A stretch of DNA of 61,545 nt, counting the filler, from Rhabdomonas costata (taxonomy: Eukaryota): assembly GCA_019059605.1 (NCBI GenBank). It is 21 parts of 21 records of this genome, joined end to end, with 100 filler letters (N's around TTAATTAATTAA, not from the genome) between each part and the next. Parts side by side here need not be neighbours in the genome. Positions count along the whole stretch, not along the records: positions 35,243 to 38,075 come from JAHMHO010001942.1; positions 38,176 to 41,007 come from JAHMHO010001943.1; positions 41,108 to 43,946 come from JAHMHO010001944.1; positions 44,047 to 46,877 come from JAHMHO010001945.1; positions 46,978 to 49,816 come from JAHMHO010001946.1; 16 more parts are not named here. One strand, given 5' to 3'. Below the pieces are notes generated by a model. That model saw nothing but the letters and a program-made list of their open reading frames with translations, searched no databases and was not told the DNA's origin. Position numbers and translations under genes: made by a program. The first letter of the stretch is position 1. Each line of letters begins with the position of its first letter. Shown here one piece after another: positions 37,079 through 49,816 of this stretch.

Positions 37079-37649
37079 CAATACTCATCTCTTTGCAGCT
37101 TCTTGCGTGCCATGAGATGAGCCGTGGCTGGGCAAGGGGCGCGCTTATCTACAGCAGAGAATTGGGCGGATGTTTTCCTCTGATACAGTTGGTGGTGCCT
37201 TTGCTCTACCCATTTACCATCCACGGCTTTCTCAGGAACTTTGTTTGTGAATACGTTTCTCCTATTGCATTCTTTCTCTCTCTGTCCGCTGTTTCTGTCC
37301 TCTGTCGGACTCGGGGCACTTCAGGTGTTAGAAGGGCTGCTTTTTGTCTTCTTTTTAGGGATGGTGCGAATAGCCCGTCCTGTTTGGACTGACATCCGGG
37401 GTACCTCCCCATTTTGCTCATCCTATCAAACTTGGCCGCAATTCAACAACACCGCCATTAAAAGAGCACATTTGATTTCGAAGCTTGCAGTGGAATTCAT
37501 CGCGATAACGAGGAGCCTGGAAGATGTGCGGCAAAAGCGGATTTTCCAGAGCTGTGGTGGAGCGTTGACACTTCTGTGCGGTCGGCGGGTTCGTTTTTAA
37601 CAGATCAAGAACAGTCGTTCCGCTTTTTTTTCAACTTTGTTTTTTCAGA

Positions 37650-37770
37650 ATGTCACTTGCGATGAAAGTGTCAGAGCTTTTAGGTCGCTCCCTGGGACCT
37701 GACGAGGAAGAGCTCATTGAGTCGCTTTCGGCACAGGGCGTGGCAAAGCTGAACGCCGACCTTGTAAAAG
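37650..37770 (+). CDS. Probable first coding exon of a hypothetical protein, directly after a strong splice acceptor
   Basis: Poly-T tract + CAG (37648), then ATG; reads MSLAMKVSELLGRSLGPDEEELIESLSAQGVAKLNADLVK and ends at AAAG/GTGTGT. Confidence 0.4.
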
Positions 37771-38425
37771 GTGTGTTAGTGAGGAAAGATGGGGTTCCGG
37801 CAGCGTGACTGATCAGTTGTTTGATGCAAGATTCTGCTTTTGAATCACTTCATGGACGGGATTATGTGCGAACATGGCACAACCATTTTACTGGCATTTA
37901 ACTTTCGTGAAAGTCTTGATCTTTTCGCCGGAACCCATTTCCTTTTGAGTAGTCACGAGTCTCTTTCGTAGTCACGGCAAAACGATTTCACAAAATGTCA
38001 TTATTGCCTTGATTAGCACCCATATTAGCACGTCACACATCAGCACTCATATCCTTCCTCAACCCACCACCCCCCNNNNNNNNNNNNNNNNNNNNNNNNN
38101 NNNNNNNNNNNNNNNNNNNTTAATTAATTAANNNNNNNNNNNNNNNNNNNNNNNNNNNNNNNNNNNNNNNNNNNNGGGGTGGGGTGTACTGTCCTCCTCA
38201 CTCTAGAAATTTAGAACGGTTCGCAAGAAGCGTTCTCGCTGAATTGATCTCCAAAATCCCACCACTTCAGAGAGAACGCTTCTTGCGAACCGTTCTAAAT
38301 TTCTAGAGTGAGGAGGACAGTACACCCCACTGTAATTCATGGAAACGAGACAGGGATCGGCACACGTTTGAGAATGCACCAAAAGTGGGAACGAATAGTG
38401 AGGGAGTGAGGCTGAAGGAGCCTAC

Positions 38426-40231
38426 CCGGGTGGTCCCCGGTGACCATCATGACGCGGATGCTGGCCTGGCGGCACTCTGCAATGGCCTGGGGCACGGTGG
38501 GCCGGGGCGGGTCCAGCACTGCCACCAGTCCCAGGAAGGTCATCTCCTCCGTGGGGAAGTTCAGCTCCGTGGCGTTGTACGGCGGCGGGAACTGCGCAAC
38601 GCTCAGCGTGCGGTGGCAGATGCCAATGCAGCGCTCGCCCATTCCACCGAGGAACTCCACTCGCTGCACAGAAAGAGAAGGAAAGGGAGAAAGTTCCACT
38701 TCGAATCTAACAGCTGGACAGATTCTTTTTTTAGCCCACTCGCTAGTCAGCCCACCTGTTCAGGTCGCACGTCCAACCCCTTGCGTTTGTCCATTAGTCT
38801 ACAGTGTGCATAGTCTAGGGTGGCAGAAGTGAAGATCCCCAATGGCCTCGTGTACATCTTCAGCATCGAAATTACATTCTCCAGACTGCCAGGTGGACAA
38901 GGCGCTGCGAGCTACGGGGGAGGGGGCACGACTGGAGAAGGAGATAGTTGCGACACGGATAACGATGCAGATGCATCCTACTCAGGAGAGAAGTCAGTTC
39001 GGAGGAGGCAACGACAGCGCACAACAACATCGCAGAAAAAACCCGAAAAGTTCAACCTCGGCAATCGCGGCCTGCAGCTCCGGGGTCAGCGGGAGGGTCC
39101 CGCCGTCCTCCATTCGGATGGCGCTGCACCGCTGCAGCATGTACTCCGGGGCCCCTTTCAGTACCACCAGCCTCTCCGCGGGGTTGCCCCCCTCCACGGC
39201 ATGCACTGTGGCCATGAACTTCACCCGTGAGTTGAAGGGCACCGTGAGCTCCGTGCGGTGCCACTCCCGGATGTGCCGCACGTCCAGAAGCTTTCCCGCG
39301 AACACCATCAGGGCCCGGTCCACAGGATTCAGGGCACGCCCCCGCTTCTTTCCACCGTCCTCAGGGGAGGCATTGTCCGGGCTGTCGTCCTCAAGATGCT
39401 CCGGGGCCACCGTGTTGCAAAGCACCCCCGCCCGGAGCAAGGGGAACGCGATGCACTCCCCCTCCCGGTCCACCTCCAGGATCGACGGGAACTCCGAGGG
39501 GTTGGTGAAGCTCAGCATCCGCCCCCCAATCACGAGGTGCCGCACGACCATGCAGTTCGTGGTGAGAGTGCCCGTCTTGTCGGAGGCGATGGTGGAGACG
39601 CTTCCCAGGGTCTCGACAGTGCCCAGGCGAGTCACCATTACTCGGGACCTCCGCACGAGCTGCTTCGCGATGATCGTCAGCCCGATCGTCACACACACGG
39701 GGAGCCCCTCCGGGACAAAGGACACGGCCAGGCCGATGAGGGTGGTGATGAATCCAGAGATGTTCATGTATGTAGGATGCTGGGTTTGTAGGAAGGCGAT
39801 CCACCCGATGAAGATCGTCAGCCCGGCAGCTGCGGCTAGGCACACGAAGATGATGACGATCCGGCGGACCTCCAGCTCGATGGTGGTTGGCATGGAACTG
39901 ACCGAGGTCTGCTGGAACACCTTCGCCATCACCGTCTTCGTGCCCACTGCGGAGACGACCCCCACGGCCGAGCCCTCCACCACGTTGGTGCCAAACCAAA
40001 CCATGTTGGTGGCCTCCAGGATGTTCTCCTGGGTGGTCTCCACGGTGCAGTGCACGGGCTCGTTCTCCCCGGTTAGGCCGGAGTTGTCCACCAGGAGGCC
40101 GTTGACTTCGACCAGCCTTAGGTCGGCGGGCACGAGCTCTCCAGAGCGGAGCAGCACGACATCGCCCACGGTGAGCTCCTTCGAGTCCACAACCTCCTCG
40201 CGGCCATCTCTGTGCACCACGGGATTGTCAA
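38426..40231 (-). CDS. P-type ATPase, type IIC-like (Na+/K+ or H+/K+ alpha subunit), partial; exons ~40231-39057 and 38663-38426
   Basis: Motifs VDNSGLTGE, FVPEGL, VETLGS...SDKTGTLT (phosphorylation site), PFNS, KGAPE, LGGMGER, DPPR, MVTGDHP. VPEGL, LGGxGER and TGDHP are P2C-like. Confidence 0.92.
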
Positions 40232-41978
40232 CTGCACCAATTACTGGAAAATTGGAAAGCAGGGAGCATTTCCGCACGCGAGGTGGGTCCCCAGGTGACC
40301 CCCCCCGCCTCACAACAAGAAACGATAGCATTATGCATGATACTTTGGCCAAAATGAACGAATTCCAAAATTACAGAAGTTCAGAAACACAACCCGCATT
40401 CTATTCTCCACGTCAGGTCTAAAGTGAGAACGCAGTTAAAGCCCCAAACATGCATGGAAAAAGGCCCCTTTTGAGCTGTTAGGCAGCACGTCTCACTTGT
40501 GGGGTGACGTTTGCAATATTACGCATTGGATGTCATTATTACCAGAGACAAAAGGAAATAATGCTAAAATAAATCAAATACTCAAAATTTTACACTCCTG
40601 CATATCGCTTTTAAGTGGAAAAGTGTTCACGTTGTGGAATTGCCATGACATGCCAAAGCGCACGATTCGAGAATTAAAAAAGTGCTAGACACACACATGT
40701 ACAGGTATTTGCAAAAAGGATGGGCTTCAGATCCGCGAGCGCTCCACTTGCATAGCGTGGGCCGGTTCATGCGCTGCAGCCCCCCTCCCCCTTGTGTGAG
40801 TTAACTCGCACTCCGGGAGCTCATCACTCCTCCCACTCTGATCAGAGGGTGGGGCGCCAGGGGAATGCCCGAGACCACCCCAGGATCTCCCGGTAAGCTC
40901 CCAGTCCAGGGGTAATTCGCAGACAACTTCCATCAACCCGACGAGGCGTGGGCTATTATCTAGCGAGCTGGGGACCGTTGGACACCCAAGGAGGTTCACA
41001 CACAAAANNNNNNNNNNNNNNNNNNNNNNNNNNNNNNNNNNNNNNNNNNNNTTAATTAATTAANNNNNNNNNNNNNNNNNNNNNNNNNNNNNNNNNNNNN
41101 NNNNNNNGACATTCACATCACTGTGGCAAACGTCCACCTGATAGAAAACCCATCCCAAGCGTGCTGTGCGTGTGTCTCTAATGACCCATTTGAACTTTGG
41201 GGAGACAATCCCAATTCCATCACATCCGCAGGCAGTCGGGCATCCGCACCAAATCTAGAGTTTACAATGGTCAGCTCAAAGTGCTGCGAATGTTTTTTTT
41301 TCACTCTTTCTGGGTAAAAATGACTGCAGCATAGGTTCAATGCTTTTCAATGTTCAATTGTCAAAACTCCGCACGTGACTGTTGATGACCTCGCCGCCCC
41401 AAGCTTGAAGGGCATATGGCCGTCTCGATATGCACTACTCCTGCACCAAACATTCGCGTATCCAGATAATAGAAAGGGAGAAAAAATGGAAACACCTCAC
41501 CTGATGGCTTCAACTCTTTCAGTGGGGGCGGAGTGGACTCCAATGCGCCGGCTGCGGCATCCCTGGGAAAGGAAGTAACATCTGTCCAAAACCAATAACG
41601 CCAATAATATGCAACGTGCACGTGAACAAGGCCTCCGCAAACGTTCCCCATGAGTCCCACTTCCTCTTGTCTGCCGCCATCTGGCTACATCAGTAGTAGC
41701 CTTCCAAAGTCAAGGGCCCAGACCCATTTCCTGAGAAAATAATTCGCCTTCCACTGTTTATGCAAAGCGTCAGCATAATTGCACTCAGGAAGTCCTAAGT
41801 TATCCGCAAAACAATTTAAAATTAAGCACAAGGACAACTAAATTAAAGCGAGAACGGAACGATACTACGGAGTGAAACGTGAAGAAGAAATAGAGAGTTA
41901 AGAATGGAACCGAACGATACTACAGAGTGAAGGTTCGGAGAAAGAGGTCCTGGACATGAAAGTCAGAACGAAATCTGA

Positions 41979-42003
41979 AGAGAGAGAGAGAGAGAGAGAG
42001 AGA
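41979..42003. repeat. (AG)n microsatellite
   Basis: Tandem AG run. Confidence 0.85.
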
Positions 42004-42853
42004 GGAGGGAGCGGGGGGTAGGAAAGGATCGGGTAGAAAAGATAATGTCTGCGTGTGCACTGACTGTAATCATTTTTGAGTTGTGCACAGGACGAGTCCG
42101 TCTTTGTAACCCTTGTTTTTTGTGTTTTGGTGTTTTGTTTTTAGGAAGACAACATCAGTGCGTGAACTAAAAGCGCCCAGACCACCGGGAGCTCCACGAA
42201 CAGGAAGACACTGAAAAGATACCATGCGGTAGATGGCGGGTGAAAAAAAATCGGAGGCCACAGTCGGATGCTGGTTGCGTGTGGGAATGTAGGGTGAATG
42301 GGAGGGTCAGAATACACGTGAAAGACAATTTCCGACTAAATTCGAGCAACGAAATTCACCGCACCCCACACCTCTGCAACGGCAATGCCATCCTCGAGTG
42401 AATGGCCACGTGCTGTTCCGTCACGGGAAAGGCCTAAGCACGGTAGTCACAGCAGATCTATTTGGTGCAATCCCCGAAACGCCTTGCCATTCTTAGCAAC
42501 AGACTGTAGTGCCCACTGTACCTCACATGGGGGCACCTCGCACCGGCGGTAGGAAATGAAGTGCGTACCAAAGGAGATGAAAGGAAAATCGCGGAGATAT
42601 AATTTCAATAATGCAACGTTTGACATTTTGTTTGGACACCCGTTCTCTCCCCCTTCCCCTCCCCATCCCATTAACCTACAATGTTGTGGCAGGGAGCGAG
42701 TTTGTACATCAGGGGAGGGTGTGTGTGTGTTCATATTGGCAAACGTTGATGGTTATACCGGCGACAATGACGACATCAATTTGAGCATTGCAGCTCTGGC
42801 TGTTGAACACGCAATTTAGTAACTTTCACACACATACACACACACACACACAC

Positions 42854-43946
42854 CAGAGTGGGATCGGGACCACCTCGCTCAGACCGCAACAGGTCACCGA
42901 CCCCCGCAGCTGAGCCCCCCGCTACGGGAGGCAAAGGTAGAGGCCTAGGCCGGCGAGCCTGGCCATCTCCTGAGCCACACACAGTGCCTTCCCCAGGACC
43001 CTCAACACCCCCAGCAGTCAAAGGAGCAGTGACAGGGGCACTGCCGCTTGTGCTGGGAGCAGGCTTAAGGGCGGGGTCGAAGGCCAGCGCTGGCTTCCGC
43101 GGAGAGGGTCTTCGTCTCCCTCCACCTCGACTACTGGACCCTACAGCAGGCGGGTCCATAGCACCCCATCCTACCGCCCCCTCGGTTGCCGAGCATGTGC
43201 GCTTTCGAACAACGTCGAACCCTCCTCTCACTGCCGGGGCAGGAGAAGAGGTCTCCACACGAGTCCTTTCCACATTCCACCCATCAGGCGACAACTGAAA
43301 ACCAGTCCAGCGCAGCTGCTCTGCAGAATTCCACCCGGAGGGGACCGCAACCACATCGGCCGGCAGTTGTGTGGGGCGCAGCTGGGGCGCAGTGGGAGAA
43401 GGAGAAGGCAGTGCTGGTGGCCGTGGCGGTGGAGTGGAGCAGGGCCGCCGTGGGGAAAGCCGCAGGAGCCCAGGGCTGGCAATGTGCCGGGCCTGCAGGG
43501 TTGCATGCGCAGCAGTGGCGTACTGAAGCTCCGCAGCCGCACGAAGGCGGGCATCCCGGCGACCCAGGCCAACACTCAACCACTGCAGCACACCTGCGCA
43601 AGGCCCCCATGACTCAGCCTCCTCCTCCCAACAGTGCGGACTGGGGGCTGTGATCATCACATTCTCCGGTGAAAACCTCACTTGCTCCGAGCTCCAAAAT
43701 AAAATTCGCCTCGGCAAAAAAAAAACTCGTCAGTTTATTTTTTGAGCATAATGGAAAATTACAAACATGTGCGCGGAACAAAGTCCCAGCCTCCCAGCAA
43801 AAAATCACACACACACCCTCTCTCAGAAGCCGTGCTCTGCGCAGCTCAAGGGCTCGTGCCCACTGCCCCCGCTTCTCGCGGCAGGACACCACATACGCTA
43901 TCCACTGTCGCCACGCCCGCCGAAGCACCGCTCGGTCCCACAAACC
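42854..43946 (-). CDS. SFI1-like centrin-binding repeat protein with a Pro-rich tail, partial; exons 43946-43817 and 43593-42854
   Basis: LRRAWRQW...ARALELRRARLLREG/VLQW shows the A-x7-LL-x3-(F/x)-x2-W periodicity of Sfi1 repeats; the GT-AG junction is in frame. Confidence 0.55.
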
Positions 43947-45159
43947 NNNNNNNNNNNNNNNNNNNNNNNNNNNNNNNNNNNNNNNNNNNNTTAATTAATT
44001 AANNNNNNNNNNNNNNNNNNNNNNNNNNNNNNNNNNNNNNNNNNNNGGGTTTTTTGCTTTGTTGGCCTGCATTTTATGGGAGGCAGATGCAACCAGGAAC
44101 GGTACCTTCGCAGACTTTGCGCCGGTTTCAATACATTTTGGTTGGACTATTATGAACGTGTATTATCGGCGGCCTGCCCGCCACTCGGCTCAGAACCTGT
44201 GGTTGCTTCCACTCTTGTTTACGATATACGGATGAGTTTTCTTCGAAATATAGCCTCAGCTTCTAAATTCACGATCCTAACGTGGCTTTTACATGGTTGG
44301 TGCTGATGGATGCTAATGGACCAGGCGCGCATTTGTGATTAAAGTGATTTTTTCCCGTCTAACGTCAGTGCTTTGGAAAACTGGCGGGGTCTGCGGTCGC
44401 TATGCGGGGGGTTTTTTCTGCAGGAGGTGGCCGCTGGACTAAGAAGCGCCGCTGCAGAGGTCCTGCCGCAAACTGAAGGCGTGTCCATTTTTTCGTCGCC
44501 CCCGCCTCCTCGGTTTACACACGATTGAGTGATCCAACGATGACAGGGAGAGGGTAGCACGGAGTGGTGCTCAGAGGTGTGTGGCGCGCTCCGAAAGAAA
44601 AAAGCATGGCAAAACTCGAAACAAAAAGGTTTGAAAAAAGCTTGAAATGAACAATAATTCTGAAACTTAGCGCTCCCTGTCCCCCATGGCCAATATTTGG
44701 TCCAGCAGTGCGCAGGTCCCGATGGAGCAAACTTCTATTAAGATTTCCGACCCAACATTGACAATTATGGGAGCACAGGAGCCGAGATTTTGGCGAAAAA
44801 TGCCGTAAAATGTGCAAAAACCCGCAATGGGACAACAACAGGAAAGCTTGATGTTGGGTTGATTCTCTGGGTAGACAGCCTATTTCGGAAACTCTTCAGT
44901 ATAAGCAATCATAATGGCAGGGAACGGGGCCAGGCGAGGGTCTCCATGCGAGATCTCATATTATTGTCATTTTTGCGCTGTGGTGAACCCCTTTTAAAAT
45001 CAAGTTTTGTCGCGTGTTGTTTTGCTTTCCTCTCCAAAATTACCCCTGCAGGGCGCTGAGCAGGCGAAAGATGCTATTCGGGATACTTTTTGGATAATAC
45101 AAAAAGTACTACAATGATTTTTTGTTTGCTCCGTTGTGTGTGTCTCTCTCCATTCACAG

Positions 45160-45379
45160 ACACCTCCTCCGTGGAACCTGTCGTGGGCAGCGCTGCTTTG
45201 GAGCAGAGCAGTCTCCAGGATGAACCCGGGCGTGCGCCCACCCCGAGAGAAACCGTTGCAGCAGACGAGGAGCCTCCCGCCGTGGTCTCGGAGACCGCGG
45301 TGACTCCCCGCTCCCCAAGCTCGGACTGCCCGGAGCTCCCCAACTTGGCCTTGCTCCTGGACACCTCAGAGTCAGAAAG
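45160..45379 (+). CDS. Low-complexity hypothetical protein exon
   Basis: After TCTCTCCATTCACAG, an open GC-rich frame reads TSSVEPVVG...DTSESER and ends at AAG/GTTCTA. Confidence 0.35.
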
Positions 45380-46977
45380 GTTCTACCGCGGAGAACTCTT
45401 CCTTCCGATTAGTTATCAGCAGATATCGGCGAAAAGTCACAAAGGCAGAGATGTTTGTGACCCAATTCCTGGGTGGTGTTGCACCTTGACCTCTGCTGTT
45501 GTGGTCATCTCACGTTTCGAAAACGGAAGATTATTGTTGCCGTTCAACACTTTAAACAGAGTGGGGGTGGTAGGAATCCAGGTATGAATCTGCAACCCGA
45601 TGTCAAGCCGAATCTCCTGAATGAGTCATCTTTTCATCTTTTTTCACTAGTTCTTTGAAACAGCGGCTCATCAATAGTAATTTAACATATCTGCATCAAA
45701 AGAAGTTTATTTTGTTTTGTAGTTTTCTCGCCCGTGGTTTTTTCTGCACAAAACACATGCTCAGGCTTCCAGCTTTGCGAGCAATCCAACCCTGCTCTCG
45801 GCCGGGAACAGGCAGCCAGCCCGTGGACTATGCCCCAGCTTCTCCCGTGACCAAGGCCGAGGAATCCCAACCTGCGCTGGTGCCCGCAAAGCCAGGCAGC
45901 TGCTCACTCCGTTTCCACTTTCACGGCTTAACACCCCTAAAGAGCGGGCTTTCACTTCTGTTCAAATGCAGAGAAGGCATTTGAGAGAAAATTGGGAGTT
46001 TGCGACAGACAGCCCTTCTGTTCCGTGTTTTTTGTTAAGAGATTTTTTAATGAAAGAAGAAAGAAATATGTAAAAAGACAAAAGACGTCGGTTGTGGTTG
46101 ACCGAAGGTCAGCGGTGCATGATGATGTGCTTTACACGGTTGTGCAGTAATTTAGCACCCGTCCTTGTGTCCAGATTTCTTTGTGTGCAAGGCTTTACCT
46201 GACTTTAAATTGCTGGCTCGAGATTTAGGCTCGCGAGCTTCCTTTTCTTTCACAGAGGAGCATTCACCCGTTTCTCCCCTCGAGTCTCAGGTGTGCCATT
46301 TTGCTCAAGAGCACTGCAACATGACGTTGTGCAAGCAAAGCAAAGGAATGGTGCTGGAGGGACTCATACCTGCTTTGGTGTGATGCCAAGGTGTCTGCTT
46401 AGTTAGCAATTGCCACAGCGTCTTTGGTCGGTCATTTCAGGCTCTCAGTTTTTGGACACTTCAGCTTCGTTTTTCACACCTTTTTTCTTTCCTGTTCGCT
46501 TGTCGATGCCTTAGTGCTCCAGAATCGAAGCTCAGTACTGTTTTTCTTCCCTTCTGGAAGGCAGGGCAAGGGAACTCGGCAGAACCACGGGACGCGATGG
46601 GCGGAAAGGCCCGCGTGGCACGATTAAACAAAAGAACGAATGTTGTTGGGAAAGAAATAGGATAATCATAAGCTTGTCCACGTGGTCTCAAGGCTATTCC
46701 CTTCTGGTATGCACGGGTTGTAGGCTTCGCAAGAACCAACGCCAAGCAAGCACTCTGAGATGCCACCCTCAGTTCCTGTTGAGGTCCCGACCTATCTCCC
46801 TGAAGCAGCCAGTGTGGAGGCTTCGGACACTGCCCCGTCCAAACCGGTCACACCCCCAACCCAAACACACCCACCACNNNNNNNNNNNNNNNNNNNNNNN
46901 NNNNNNNNNNNNNNNNNNNNNTTAATTAATTAANNNNNNNNNNNNNNNNNNNNNNNNNNNNNNNNNNNNNNNNNNNN

Positions 46978-47828
46978 TCCTCTCCGGGGGCGCGACGGCG
47001 GTGGTGCAGCCGGGGGGGGGAAGGGGGAGCGATGCAAGGGTCTTCGACCAGCCCGTGGGAGGAGGAGAAGACGACGAGGAAGCAGCGGGAGTGGGGGGTG
47101 CACGCACCCCTCCCCCCCCGGGAAGGGAAAGTTCCCGCCCTTCCTTTCCCGGAAACTCTGAGACGGCCGATGTCCATCCAGCTGCGGCTTCCCTCCGTTG
47201 GTTGCAGGCGGAGCAGCCCGTGCTCCACTCCCGCGGAGACGAGGTCGCAGCGGGAAGGGAAGCCTGACCCGCTCCCTTCCCCGAATGCCTCAGTACTACA
47301 CGGATTCTGCAGCTGGTGTGCACAGTCCTGCCGCAAAGGAAGGCCCCGATGGGCAACCGGTTCGAAGCTGAGAGAAGGGAAGGCGGACGGAGAAGGACGA
47401 TCTCGGGAGGTGGTCCGAGAGCCCTACCCAGGCTGGCAGCGGGGGGTGTGAGAGGAGGATACTGGGCCCTCCTCCTCCCCCACGGGCCCTGCCGGGTGGT
47501 GGGATCGCTGGGCCTTGACCGGAGATGCGTCCCTCCAGCCGAGCGGATACCGAAGCTGGTCTTCATACTGATGAGGGAGTTCGGGGTGCCCTGGGCTAGC
47601 GGTGCCGCTCCCAGGGGAATCCGGCCGCCCGCCTCGGGCTCCCTGACGGATCCGCAGAGGGGAAACGCAGCGCCCCCCCTTCCGATGGGAAGGAAGGGGG
47701 GGAAGGAACGGCCGCCCGCGCTCGCACGCACGCTCGCGCTGTCTCTTTGGGTGGACTGGGCCCCTCCATCGCGGAAGGGGCCCCGCCGCAGAGCAGTGGG
47801 AGCGTGTGTGCGTGCGTGTGCGTGTGTG
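46978..47828 (+). other. rDNA 5' external transcribed spacer (partial)
   Basis: GC-rich, hairpin-rich sequence immediately upstream of the 18S 5' end. Confidence 0.7.
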
Positions 47829-49816
47829 TACCTGGTTGATCCTACCAGCGAACGTATGCTTCTCTCAAGGGCTAAGCCATGCACGCGTGAGAGCAAGTTG
47901 CGTGCCTTTGCCAAACCTGTCTGCGAATGGCTCATTGGACCAGCGATAATCTCAGCAGAGAGTGGATCCTTCTCGTGAGCGGGGAGTTCGTGCCTTGCCT
48001 GGACTTCCAGACCGTCGGAGTTCTGTCTCTGCGGGGGAAGGGAGGAAGGCCTTACTCCGAGGCCGGTTCGGCATACCCTCTCTTTCTGAAACAGTTGGCT
48101 AATACATGTGCGAGGGCACTCCTGTCCATTCCCTCGGGAATGGGACGGGATGCACTGGGCTGACCCAAAGAGGGAACTTTGCCGCCCCGGCGGGGGCAAT
48201 TTTCCTGGGGTGGAACCAAGCCTTCTGTGGAAGACCGAGGGGGTGGGTGCTGCTCTGGGTGTCTCACCCAGGGTGGCACCGCCCACGAGAACGGATTCTG
48301 CTGCGTATGGTGCGCTAGTGGCGGCCCTGCGAAGCCCCACTACTCTGCTTGAGTTTCTGCCCTATCAGCCTGCACGGTGGTCCAGGGGACCACGGCGGCG
48401 ATGACGGGTAACGCGGAATTAGGGTTCGATTCCGGAGAGGGAGCCTGAAATACGGCTACTACGACCAAGGTTGGCAGCAGGCGCGCAAATTGCTCAATAT
48501 CGATGTGCATTGGTGAAGCAGCGACGAGGAGTGGTACCTTTTATCGATCACTTGATCGGTACTGGTGGAATGAATGACGACCCAAGGAATGCAGTGAGCA
48601 TCCACTTGTGGGCCAGTCTGGTGCCAGCAGCCGCGGTAATTCCAGCACAAGTGGCCTACTTTGACGTTGTTGCCGTTAAAAAGCTCGTAGTTGGTTGGCA
48701 TCCGAGAGAGCCCCGGAAGCTCCCCAGGCCCTGTTTGGGCGTGGTGCGGGCGGAAACGGGCGATCTTGCGGTGCCCTGCTCAACTCGGGCTGCTCTCGAC
48801 CTCTGCCCCTTCCATCAGGGACATCGGCTCTGCTGTTCCCTCGGGGACAGTCCGGAGGCGGGCAGACGAGGGTGGTTGGGTCTGAGCTTCTCAGTGGGAA
48901 CGATTTTCCGATGATGGGAGACGGGCCAGGCCCTCACCGCGCAGCTCTTCTGTTGCGAGGTGCTCCGGACCGCCGCCTCTCGCAAACCGCAACGCGGTTA
49001 TTTGGCCTACATCCTGAAGCAAGGCACTGCAGAATGGCCCGATGCACCCCTTCTGGCACCGGGCCCCCCCTCGGGGGGGACCGTACCCGGGGTGCAAAAA
49101 GCCAAGGAAACGCCCTCTGGTTTTGTACCATGAGCAAAGCTAAGCGCTCCAAGCAAGTTGTCCTTCCTACCGATCGGATGTTCAAGCGTGGCATAACAAG
49201 GGACCGGTCCGAATGGACCCGATGTTCTGGCATTCTTTACTGGCCCGCTTTGGACGAACTTCGCTTCCCTTGGACCATCTCGGATGACCCCCCCAGATCT
49301 GGGCCGGTGCCCTGCTGAAGTCCCCGGGACCGGGGTTGAACTCTGGTCCCTCTTCGGCAGGCCCATCCCTCTGGGGGAATCAGGCGCCGCCCTGGGCCAG
49401 GGAACGGAGGTGTTGACCGAGGTCGTTTCTGTGCTCAGGGGACTGGGCGGCGAGCGGTGAAACGCTTTGACCCGTCTCAGGACCACCAAAGGCGAAAGCA
49501 CTGAGCAGGACTCGACCTGCCAATCAAGAGCGAGTGTGCGGTGATCGAAGAGGATCAGATACCCTCGTAGTCCGCGCTGTAAACCGTGCCTACCGAGGAT
49601 GCGGGCTGCGTTCCTTCGGAATGTCAGCCCGTGTCTTTCCCCCGCAACGAGAAATCCAAGTGTATGGGTTCAGGGGGGAGTACGGTTGCAAGACTGAAAC
49701 TTAAAGGAATTGACGGAATGGCACCACAAGGCGTGGAGTTTGCGGCTTAATTTGACTCAACACGGGGAACGTTACCTGGATAGCACGTGGAAAGGATATG
49801 ACAGGCTGAAGCACTC
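47829..49816 (+). rRNA. 18S: 18S (SSU) rRNA, 5' portion, euglenid-type, truncated by the contig end
   Basis: Universal blocks TACCTGGTTGATCCT, GTGCCAGCAGCCGCGGTAATTCC and AAACTTAAAGGAATTGACGG. Euglenid-like GGGCTAAGCCATGCAC, CCCGCAACGAGAAATCC and GACGGAATGGCACCACAAGGCGTGGAG. Confidence 0.97.

Noticed and set aside
38842-40422. 526-aa plus-strand ORF
   Set aside because: Antisense shadow of the GC3-rich P-type ATPase exon.
46922-48340. 472-aa minus-strand ORF and other ORFs over 47000-49500
   Set aside because: They overlap the ETS and 18S rRNA; chance ORFs in GC-rich rDNA.
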